This document shows, in pieces, positions 1-7,947 of a stretch of 64,000 nt of DNA (the stretch's first letter is position 1; each line of letters starts with the position of its first letter). Location of the stretch: NCBI GenBank assembly GCA_965237955.1, contig OZ250169.1, positions 1 to 64,000 on the forward strand, written 5' to 3'. Position numbers and translations under genes: made by a program. Source of the DNA: Candidatus Marinacidobacterales bacterium. Its GTDB lineage: Bacteria > Acidobacteriota > Vicinamibacteria > Marinacidobacterales > SMYC01. The notes under the pieces were generated by a model. That model was not told the DNA's origin and made no database searches. It saw nothing but the letters and a program-made list of their open reading frames with translations.

Positions 1-1
1 T

Positions 2-217
2 CGTTCAACGCATCGGGCCTCTCGCTACAAGTACAAACAGTTCGGCGAAGACCATTTGGTTCACTTCACCGTCAGCGCCGGACTCGCGGAGTTCGCGAAA
101 GGCGACACGCCGGAAGAGCTCGTGACTCGTGCGGACGATGCCCTGTATCTCGCGAAGAAACGCGGAAAAAATCGCGTCGCGACGAAGAAAAAAAGACGAC
201 TCGGTCTTCTAAATTAA
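2..217 (+). CDS. C-terminal end of a GGDEF (diguanylate cyclase) domain protein, partial at window edge
   Basis: Frame 2 reads FTVSAGLAEFAKGDTPEELVTRADDALYLAKKRGKNRV, the typical GGDEF C-terminus; TAA at 215-217. Confidence 0.85.
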   Translation, partial: RSTHRASRYKYKQFGEDHLVHFTVSAGLAEFAKGDTPEELVTRADDALYLAKKRGKNRVATKKKRRLGLLN

Positions 218-314
218 GATTCCGAGATCGGCAGAAACGTCCTACTCCCGGCACCCGTTTCCTGGCAGCGGCACGAGTGCAGCCATAAGCCCATAATTTA
301 CTGTTGTTTACGAT

Positions 315-330
315 GGGCACACTATTTGCT
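315..330 (+). promoter_or_regulatory. Putative sigma54 (-24/-12) promoter
   Basis: GGGCAC-actat-TTGCT matches GGCAC-N5-TTGC, 22 nt upstream of the GTG start at 353. Confidence 0.55.
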
Positions 331-352
331 ATACGAAGCTGCGAGGCTTTGA

Positions 353-1882
353 GTGCAAAACCGACAGCTCGACGATATCGCCCGGCGCATGCAAGAGGAG
401 TGGGATGCACGGGCGCTTCACGACGCGCCGTACTTCGTCCGGCAGAGTGTTCTGGAACAGGACGAGCGTAGCTTCGAAGCGAGCGGCGCGATCAACGTAC
501 GCTCTTTCGTCGAGCCGGACCTCCCGGTTATTTGTCACGGGCGCGATCCAAAGACATTCCGCATCCTCGAGATCGGGTGCGGCGTCGGGCGCCTTACCCG
601 CCACCTAGCAGCCATCTTCGGGGAGGTCGACGGTATCGATGTCTCGGGAGAGATGATTCGCAAAGGCCGCGAACGGCTTCAAGACTTACCCAACGTTCAT
701 TTGCACGAGGGCAGCGGTATCGATCTCGCAACGTTCGCCGACGACAGCTTCGATTTCGCCTTCTCGTACATCGTCTTTCAGCACATACCCGACAAGCGGG
801 TGATCGAAGCCTATCTGCGTGAAGCTGCCCGCGTCCTGAAGCCGGAGGCGGTTTTCAAGTTTCAAATCCACGGGGGAGAGTCCACATACGAGGCGAGCGC
901 GACAAGCACCTGGTCGGGCGCCGTCGTTACCGAGCAGGAGATCCGGGACTGGTCTCAGGCATTCGGCTTCGAGGTCGTCACGCTCGCCGGCTTCGGATCG
1001 CAATATGCGTGGGCGACGCTCAGAGTGTCGCCGGATAGGCCCGAGTCGCTCACGGGGCGCGCGGTAATGGAAACCGCGGTCGAAACGATACCGTGCCCCG
1101 TTTGTGTCGTTGTTCCCGTGTTCGGAAAGCCAATCTACGATGAGAAACTTCTCTCACGCATCCAGGAAAGCACCGTCGAGCCCGATGCTCGCTTCGTCTG
1201 GGTCGACTGCCGCCGAGATCCAGACGCCCCGCTCGCACCTTCTCGCGGTAGCGTCGTGCAAGGACATCCCTCCTTCAGCTTCGAAGACGCTTTGGTCGCC
1301 GGAACGCGCGAGCTCGACGAGCCGTTCTGGGCTGGTCTTTGTGAGCGGGCGATTCCGCGGCGTTGCTGGTTGAGCACTCTCGTCGCTGCCGCCGAAGACC
1401 ATCCCGAACTCGGCGCGATCGGCGCTCCTCTTCTGCGGGTTCGCTCGAGTGGGCACGTCGACCGCCTGACCCCGGCCCCCGGTGTGAGACACGTCGAATA
1501 CGCCCTGTGGCAAGGCGATTTGTCACCCACGAATACAGTCCCGATTGGCGCGGTGCTCTTCCGCAGCGGCAGGCGAGACAACCCTTGTCTTGCCATCGAA
1601 CAGCGTACCTCGGTCAGCACCTTCGATCTCGAGCCCGACTTCTACCACACGTGGCTTCTGGATCTAGGCGAGCGCTACCAGGAGAAGGGTCTTCTCGACG
1701 ATGCCGAAGAGCGGTTCCGAGCCTGCGAGAAGCTCTTTCCAGAAGACGCCCGCGCGCGCGCCGCTCTCGGACGAATTCGTGCGCTCCGCATGCAAGAGGC
1801 CGCGGACCGCCCGGGCGAGCCGCAGGGTAATGAGAATCCAGCAGATTCCGATACGTCCAATAAACGAAAGGATCAGCCGTGA
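353..1882 (+). CDS. Class I SAM-dependent methyltransferase fused to a degenerate GT2-like domain and a C-terminal TPR
   Basis: ILEIGCGVGR SAM motif and DDSFDFAFSYIVFQH; then VCVVVPVFG (GT2-like start); LGERYQEKGLLDDAEERFRACEKLFPEDARARAALG TPR. Confidence 0.75.
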   Translation: MQNRQLDDIARRMQEEWDARALHDAPYFVRQSVLEQDERSFEASGAINVRSFVEPDLPVICHGRDPKTFRILEIGCGVGRLTRHLAAIFGEVDGIDVSGEMIRKGRERLQDLPNVHLHEGSGIDLATFADDSFDFAFSYIVFQHIPDKRVIEAYLREAARVLKPEAVFKFQIHGGESTYEASATSTWSGAVVTEQEIRDWSQAFGFEVVTLAGFGSQYAWATLRVSPDRPESLTGRAVMETAVETIPCPVCVVVPVFGKPIYDEKLLSRIQESTVEPDARFVWVDCRRDPDAPLAPSRGSVVQGHPSFSFEDALVAGTRELDEPFWAGLCERAIPRRCWLSTLVAAAEDHPELGAIGAPLLRVRSSGHVDRLTPAPGVRHVEYALWQGDLSPTNTVPIGAVLFRSGRRDNPCLAIEQRTSVSTFDLEPDFYHTWLLDLGERYQEKGLLDDAEERFRACEKLFPEDARARAALGRIRALRMQEAADRPGEPQGNENPADSDTSNKRKDQP

Positions 1883-3285
1883 GCGAAATCGTGACGAGCT
1901 GCGACGACAAGGCTCTCAAGATCAACCTCGAGCCCAAATTCTACGGCACGTTAGCCGAGATCGGTGCCGGACAAGAGGTGGCTCGTCATCTGTTCCGTGT
2001 CGGTGGCGCCGCCGGAACGATAGCCAAATCCATCTCGGCCTACGACATGAAGTTCAGCGACGCCATCTACGGCTCGTCGGACCGCTACGTGAGTCACGCC
2101 CGCGTGCAAACGATGCTGGACTTCGAATTTTCACTCTTGGAGGAGCGACTGTCGGAGGAGCGACGCGAGAACACATGCTTTTTCACGTTCGCCGACACCG
2201 TGGCCGCTCGAAGCTACTCGCGCAAGAGGGACGGAAACGGCTGGCTCGGGGTGAAGTTTCAACACGAACCCTCCGCTTCGCCAAGTCAAGTCTTGATTCA
2301 CTCCCTCTTGCTCGACAAGGAGAGTGTCCTGCAACAGGAGGCCTTGGGACTCTTGGGTGTCAACCTCCTGTACGGGACGCTCTTCTTTCACCAAGATCCC
2401 CATCGCGCGGTGGCGATTCTGCACGACCAGCTCGCCGAAGACCGCGTGGACGTCAACCACATCGAGTGCACCGGACCGGCTTTCACGGACGTCGACAATC
2501 GATTGCTGAACCTCGAGCTCATCCATCAACGCCTGACCCACGCGGTCTTTTTCGACACCGACGGCGTCAGCGTGGAGCCAGGAGAGGTTCTCTACAAGAA
2601 GCCAATCCTCGTGCAGCGCGGAACCTTTCGCCCTATCACCCACGTCCACGAGCACATGCTCGCTTCCGCACGACACCAATTTGCGGCTCGCACCAAACTC
2701 GATGATGACGACATCGTGTCGCTCATGGAAATCACTACCGCCAATCTCAGAGAGACGGCAGGTTTCGACAGTGCGGATTTTCTTTCCCGTCTCGACACTC
2801 TCAAGGTTCTTCGAAAGCCGGTGCTCATTTCGAACTTCTCCGAGTTCCACCGACTCGAGTCCTATCTTCATCGATACTCCGACCGCGACATCGCGTTCGC
2901 CATTGGCGTCCACGTTCTTGTCGAGCTCTTCAGTGAGAAGTACTACGAAGATCTCGATGGCGGCTCGCTCGAGGGGCTCGGCCGCCTGTTCAAGAGAAAG
3001 GTCAGGCTGTACGTGTATCCCTCGCACGATGCCGAGTCCGGCCAGACGTTGACCGCACGGGACATACACCTCCCCGGCGCGCGGCAGCGGTTGTTCGAGT
3101 ACCTGCTCGAAAGCGAATTGGTGGTGCCTATCGAAGAGTTCCGCGACGACCTTTTTCACATCGTCTCAGCATCGGTGCTGTCCGGCATTCGCACCGGCGA
3201 TACCCAGTGGGAGACGCAAGTGCCCACCGCAGTGGTGAACCTGATCAAGGAACGAAGGCTCTTCCATTACCCGAGCTCGCTCTGA
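1879..3285 (+). CDS. Conserved nucleotidyltransferase-like protein (family often annotated nicotinate-nucleotide adenylyltransferase)
   Basis: KALKINL..YGTLAEIGAGQEVAR..GGAAGTIAKSISAYDM N-terminus; HIGH-like RGTFRPITHVH; GTGA overlap with the upstream gene. Confidence 0.7.
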   Translation: MSEIVTSCDDKALKINLEPKFYGTLAEIGAGQEVARHLFRVGGAAGTIAKSISAYDMKFSDAIYGSSDRYVSHARVQTMLDFEFSLLEERLSEERRENTCFFTFADTVAARSYSRKRDGNGWLGVKFQHEPSASPSQVLIHSLLLDKESVLQQEALGLLGVNLLYGTLFFHQDPHRAVAILHDQLAEDRVDVNHIECTGPAFTDVDNRLLNLELIHQRLTHAVFFDTDGVSVEPGEVLYKKPILVQRGTFRPITHVHEHMLASARHQFAARTKLDDDDIVSLMEITTANLRETAGFDSADFLSRLDTLKVLRKPVLISNFSEFHRLESYLHRYSDRDIAFAIGVHVLVELFSEKYYEDLDGGSLEGLGRLFKRKVRLYVYPSHDAESGQTLTARDIHLPGARQRLFEYLLESELVVPIEEFRDDLFHIVSASVLSGIRTGDTQWETQVPTAVVNLIKERRLFHYPSSL

Positions 3286-3335
3286 AACGAGGTCGTTCGC
3301 ACGCACTTCGTGGCGAAAAAAGGCCGCCCCGAAGG

Positions 3336-3362
3336 TAAAGTTTTCTCGTTCTCGGCCGATCC
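3336..3362 (+). promoter_or_regulatory. Putative sigma28 (FliA) promoter
   Basis: TAAA-N15-GCCGATCC upstream of the CBS ORF. Confidence 0.6.
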
Positions 3363-3394
3363 AGGGTGCTGAAGTCCGAATCGGAGGGGAAGCC

Positions 3395-3622
3395 GTGCCG
3401 AACTCGAAAGTTCACAAGGTCATGTCGTCCGAAGTCTGTTCGTTCGAGCCCGGGACACCAGTCGTGGAGGTCGCCACCGCCATGACCGAGCAAGCCATCT
3501 CGAGCGTCGTGGTTTGCGAGGGCGAGCGTCCGGTGGGCGTCATCAGCGAGCGTGACGTCTCGCGCGTGCTTCGTACGGTTCTCGAAGGCGGTCGGGCGCC
3601 CGCCGTTGGGGACTGTATCTAG
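3395..3622 (+). pseudogene. Truncated CBS-domain protein (single CBS repeat)
   Basis: VHKVMSSEV...ISSVVVCEGERPVGVISERDV; stops after one CBS unit. Confidence 0.65.
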
Positions 3623-3696
3623 CCAAATCGGACGGGCGTAATCGGACGTGCGCCGTGACCGCCGACGCTATTCTCGTCAACGACGACTGATTCCAA

Positions 3697-3787
3697 AAAC
3701 AAACGCAAAAGCGCCAAGACGCGGAGGGCGCAAGGAAGAAGTGAACCCGAATCCTTTGCGCCCCTGCGACTTTAGGTTATTTGTTTC
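3697..3787. repeat. Imperfect intergenic inverted repeat
   Basis: aaacaaa..cgcggagggcgcaagga pairs with tcctttgcgcccctgcg..tttgttt. Confidence 0.45.
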
Positions 3788-3801
3788 CGGCGTGATCCGT
3801 A

Positions 3802-4002
3802 TCAACGGCGCGCCACGTCTTGAATCCCGAGGATGTTGGCAGCGAGCTCCTGGAAGGCAGCGTCATCATCCATCTCGTCACGAGCCACTAGCCGAGGCGT
3901 TCCCGCGATGCGCTCCCCGAGGTCGCGGAGCCGTGACAACGTAGTTCCCAAAGAGCCAACCGTCGTCGTGAACCGCTTAGCCGTCAAAGTTTTCGCCGTC
4001 AT
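3802..4002 (-). CDS. Small hypothetical protein (66 aa), probably sigma28-dependent
   Basis: GGAGG RBS upstream of the ATG and a sigma28-type promoter at 4056-4083. Confidence 0.55.
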   Translation of the reverse strand: MTAKTLTAKRFTTTVGSLGTTLSRLRDLGERIAGTPRLVARDEMDDDAAFQELAANILGIQDVARR

Positions 4003-4055
4003 CGTCTCGACCCTCCAATTCTCGCGTCGCTCCCCTAGTCTCGGTTCCTGATTCG

Positions 4056-4083
4056 TTATCGGCTTGCCCGCCGCGGATCTTTA
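4056..4083 (-). promoter_or_regulatory. Putative sigma28 promoter
   Basis: Minus strand TAAA-N16-GCCGATAA (perfect -10 box). Confidence 0.6.
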
Positions 4084-4115
4084 CACCCTAATCACGGTTT
4101 TCGGCCACGCATTGC

Positions 4116-4735
4116 TCAGTTTCCAGTTTCGCGTTCGGCGTCGTCGGAGATGTTGCGAAACACGGCAATGACTCCGGCCAGCGTCTCGTTCGAATGGCGC
4201 ACGGGTGTCATGAGCACATGATGGGGTACGCCTTTCACCATCACCCGCCGCCGTTCCACCAGGCCTTCGCTCGAAACGAGCTCGAGCGGATCGAAATTGA
4301 GAATCCTTTCCAATCGCGGTCGACCGCGCCAGATCTCGGCGCCGGGCTTCACGTCGAGGAGTGTTCGCACAGCCTCGTTGATCAGCAGGGTGCGAATATC
4401 AGAAATCGTGAGATCGGGCACCTCGTTCATGGCGCAGGCCATGGCCTCGCTCGCATTCACCGCCGTCATTGACGGGTAGCAGCCGATGATTCGCGCGGAT
4501 GCGTGCCAGGGTCTCGAGCCCGTCGAGGCGAGGCATCTCGAGGTCTAGGCAGATCGCGTCCGGCATGCTCCGCGAGAGCCCGTCCAGACAGGCGGCGCCG
4601 TCGGGATAGAGCTCTACGTCGTATCCGGCTTTCGTCAGCCAGCGCGCCAGCACCAGCCGCACTTCAACATCGTCGTCCGGCCACCAAGACCAGGCCCCGG
4701 GCCGCGGCGGCATCCGTTACGGCATCGGGCACTAG
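4116..4735 (-). pseudogene. Frameshifted response regulator receiver / sensor remnant
   Basis: GLVLVA/DDDVEVRLVLARWL...PDAICLDLEMPRLDGLETL receiver motifs split over three frames. Confidence 0.7.
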
Positions 4736-4824
4736 TCGACCCTCCCGGACACGGGCTGGGAACCGGCTGGTATCCAGGCGTTTACGCTCAGCGGGCTCAC
4801 GGAAGACCCAACCCGGCGCTGGGC

Positions 4825-4851
4825 TAAAGTCACAGCCCTCGCGGACGATAA
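4825..4851 (+). promoter_or_regulatory. Putative sigma28 promoter of motAB, now separated from it by IS630
   Basis: TAAA-N15-GACGATAA ending 4 nt before the CTAG insertion site. Confidence 0.65.
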
Positions 4852-4855
4852 CCAA

Positions 4856-6173
4856 CTAGTCCCCTGGATCTTTAATTACTGTCCAAATTCGATTTGCCAT
4901 GTGTATCGAGCGTTCGCTGGGCGAACCGAGCGATGGTTTCGAGGATTTGGTCGGCGGATTTCGTCCACTTGAACGGCTTTGGGTTCTCGTTGTGAGCATC
5001 GAGATAGTCTTGTATCGCAACGCGGAGCTGAGGCACGCTCGTGTGCGAGCCTCGTCGCAAGGCGTGTTCGGTGAGCAAGCCAAAGAAGCGCTCAGCGAAG
5101 TTGAGCCAAGAGGCGTGTGTCGGTGTGAAGTGAAAGTGGAACCGAGGTCGCTTGGAAAGCCAGCGTTTGATCGCCGGTGTCTTGTGCGTGGCGAGATTGT
5201 CGAGCACGACGTGGATGTCCAACTCGCTGGGAACGGCTGCTTCGATCTCAGCGAGGAACTTCTTGAACTCTAGCGCTCGATGTCGCGCGTAGCACTTTCC
5301 GAAGACTTCACCTGTTGCGGCGTCGAGTGCGGCAAACAGGTCAGTCGTTCCATGCCGAATGTAGTCGTGGGTTTGTCGCTCGGGCTGGCCCAAGCTCATG
5401 GGCAGGACAGGTTGAGCACGCTCGAGCGCTTGAATCTGCGATTTCTCGTCGACGCACAGGACGACCGCGTTATCCGGTGGGTTCATATACAGGCCAACAA
5501 CGTCGCGTACTTTTTCGACCAGTTGTGGGTCTTGCGAGAGACGAAACGATTCCGAGCGGTGCGGTTGAAGCCCGAACGTTCGCCAAATACGTCCAATCGT
5601 CGAATGACTCAGCCCAAGATGCTTGGCCATCGAGCGCGTACTCCAATGGGTTCTCCCCTTTGGAGTCGTCTCCAGCGTCTTGGTCACGACTTCCTCGATC
5701 TGGTCATCGCCGATTTTGCGAGCCGCTCCCGGCCGAGGTTCGTCGTACAACCCTTCCATTCGTTGTTCTACAAAGCGTCTTCGCCACTTGCCCACCGTGC
5801 TCCTCATGGTGTGCATCTTCCTAGTCCCCTGGATCTTTGATTACTATACAAAGTTAGGCTTTTCGCCAGCCCATAATATTCATAAGATTCATGCACTTAG
5901 AATGGTTTCGGCAAGCTCTGCTTTATCTAGTTTGTTCTGATACAGGGGACTAGCAACTTCCATATTCGTCAGACCCGCCGCGCAATCCAGCACGATCTTC
6001 GCTCGGAAGGCTTGGTGCGGCGAACTACGGCTGCGTCGCGCCAGTCGCGTCAGCGCTTCGCTTTCTTGAGACGACAGCTTCAATTCGGCTTTTCGCCGGC
6101 CCTTGTGTTTCATGCATTTAGCAGATCACAGAAGTGCCAGTGTTGTCTAGCTTTTTCTGTTCCATGGGACTAG
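4856..6173 (-). mobile_element. IS630-family insertion sequence; transposase (6113 to 4872) interrupted by a MITE
   Basis: Ends ctagtcccctgga / tccatgggactag at CTAG sites; DDE motifs [33 protein letters not shown]; N-terminal HTH ORF 5889-6113 is in the same frame. Confidence 0.93.
5821..5953 (-). mobile_element. 129-bp IS630-type MITE, copy 1 (133 bp including both CTAG)
   Basis: ctagtcccctg...caggggactag terminal inverted repeats; removing it restores the codons GAA GTT GCT AGG AAG ATG (EVARKM). Confidence 0.9.
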
Positions 6174-6214
6174 CGTCCTCTTTTGCGCGGGTTCCGTTCG
6201 AAGCAGAAACGACG

Positions 6215-6994
6215 ATGGACATTGGTACGATCTCAGGGGTGATCGCTGGCGTGGCCTTAATCGGCTTCGCCATGGCCGCAGGCGACGGAGGCATCGGCCA
6301 GTTCATCAGCTTGCCCTCGATGCTCATTGTCTTTGGCGGAACGATTGCCGCGCTCGCAATCGCTTTCCCCACAAAGGAGTTGAAGAACATCGTTGCGGTG
6401 TCGTCGCGCGTCTTCAGAAACCCGGTCGTTGAAGTCGTCGGCATCGTGAAGTTCCTCACCGGGTGCGCTCAAGAGGCTCGCAGAAACGGACTCCTCGCAC
6501 TCGAGAACATGGCGAAAAAGACGCAACACAAACCGCTTGCCAAGGGGTTGGCGCTCATCGCTAACGGCACCGATAGCGCCACCTTGAACGAGATCCTGAC
6601 GACCGAGCTTCGACAGATGCAGGATCATCACAAAGTCGGCCAGAAAATCTTCAACGAAGCGGGAAAGTTCGCGCCTGCGTTCGGTATGATCGGCACGCTG
6701 GTGGGACTGGTTCAGATGCTCGGCAATCTGCAGGACCCGGCGAGCATCGGTCCCAACATGGCCGTGGCTCTCCTGACGACGCTGTACGGCGCGCTCATGG
6801 CCAACCTTTTTTTCCTGCCTATGGTCACGAAGCTCGAGAGACGTGCCAAGATCGAAGCGTTCGAGATTCAGCTCATGATCCTGGGTCTGGTGTCCATCAA
6901 CCGCGGTGAGTCGACGCAGATTCTCAAAGAGAAAATGGAAGCCTTCATGGCCGGTGTCCCGACGACGAACCGTTCGGCGAGTCGCGCCGCTTGA
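6215..6994 (+). CDS. motA: Flagellar motor stator protein MotA/PomA
   Basis: MDIGTISG start; PSMLIVFGGT, ARRNGLLALE, APAFGMIGTLVGLVQML, ALLTTLYG. Confidence 0.92.
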   Translation: MDIGTISGVIAGVALIGFAMAAGDGGIGQFISLPSMLIVFGGTIAALAIAFPTKELKNIVAVSSRVFRNPVVEVVGIVKFLTGCAQEARRNGLLALENMAKKTQHKPLAKGLALIANGTDSATLNEILTTELRQMQDHHKVGQKIFNEAGKFAPAFGMIGTLVGLVQMLGNLQDPASIGPNMAVALLTTLYGALMANLFFLPMVTKLERRAKIEAFEIQLMILGLVSINRGESTQILKEKMEAFMAGVPTTNRSASRAA

Positions 6995-7007
6995 GGTCAC
7001 ACTCACG

Positions 7008-7904
7008 ATGCCAAACAACTCACAAGAACAGCCCATCGAGCTAACGCCGCCGACAGAGGAAGACCCGCCCAAAGAAGGAGCGCCACTTTGGGCGCTGACC
7101 TTCGGCGACATGATGAGTCTTCTCCTCTGTTTCTTCATCCTCATGTTCTCGATGTCCGAGATCAAGAAAGAGAAGTTCCTCATCGCCGCGGATTCTCTAC
7201 GCGCCGGTCTTGGACACGGCAGCTCTCGCATGATGGCGGACGCCGGGATGGGTGGCGAGTCGGCCGTCGACACCGACGTGCTCACCAGCGACCCCGCGCC
7301 ATACGACATCACCATCGCGATGGAGGACGTCGATGACTTCATGGAGTTCATCGGCAAAACGCTCGAATCGTTCGTGGCAGCACAAGGGGTGGAATCGTTC
7401 GTGGAGGTGAACCGCGGGGAAGAAAGTGTTTCGTTGAACATCCAAGACGTCGTGCTCTTCGATACCGGATCCGCGGCATTGCGCCCACAAGGACGCGATC
7501 TCATGGACGAGCTCGGCCGCATCGTCGCCGATGTCGATATGTCGGTCGTCGTGGCAGGCCACACGGACGACCGCCCCATCCGCACTAGCGTGTTCCCTTC
7601 GAACTGGGAGCTCTCGTCCGCGAGAGCGTCGACGGTAGCCCGCATTTTTCTTCAGCAGGGATTGGCCCCAAGCCAGATTCACGTGGAAGGCCACGCGGAG
7701 TACCGACCGACCGCGACCAACGAAACACCCGAGGGCCGCTCGAAGAACCGGCGTGTCGAAGTCCTGTACACGCGAGACAACGTGATCTCTCAAATGATCA
7801 AACAAAAGAAGAACGAGATGGAAGCGCTGGAATCGGCCGCGCCGGCGCTCGATGACATCTCCGCCATAGAGGATGTCGAGGAGTCTCCAGTCGACCTGCC
7901 CTAG
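7008..7904 (+). CDS. motB: Flagellar motor stator protein MotB (OmpA-like peptidoglycan-binding domain)
   Basis: WALTFGDMMSLLLCFF transmembrane plug with the conserved Asp; GHTDD, SNWELSSARA, NRRVEV. Confidence 0.92.
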   Translation: MPNNSQEQPIELTPPTEEDPPKEGAPLWALTFGDMMSLLLCFFILMFSMSEIKKEKFLIAADSLRAGLGHGSSRMMADAGMGGESAVDTDVLTSDPAPYDITIAMEDVDDFMEFIGKTLESFVAAQGVESFVEVNRGEESVSLNIQDVVLFDTGSAALRPQGRDLMDELGRIVADVDMSVVVAGHTDDRPIRTSVFPSNWELSSARASTVARIFLQQGLAPSQIHVEGHAEYRPTATNETPEGRSKNRRVEVLYTRDNVISQMIKQKKNEMEALESAAPALDDISAIEDVEESPVDLP

Positions 7905-7947
7905 CGGTAATTGGCAACGCAATCTCAAAACGGAGCATATTGCCGGC

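Noticed and set aside
4856-6173. TnpB/IscB-type RNA-guided accessory in the IS630
   Set aside because: The transposase stop lies within the right end, leaving no room for an extra ORF or RNA.
6134-6214. N-terminal extension of MotA in the ORF track
   Set aside because: It derives from the IS630 end; the canonical MDI start is at 6215.
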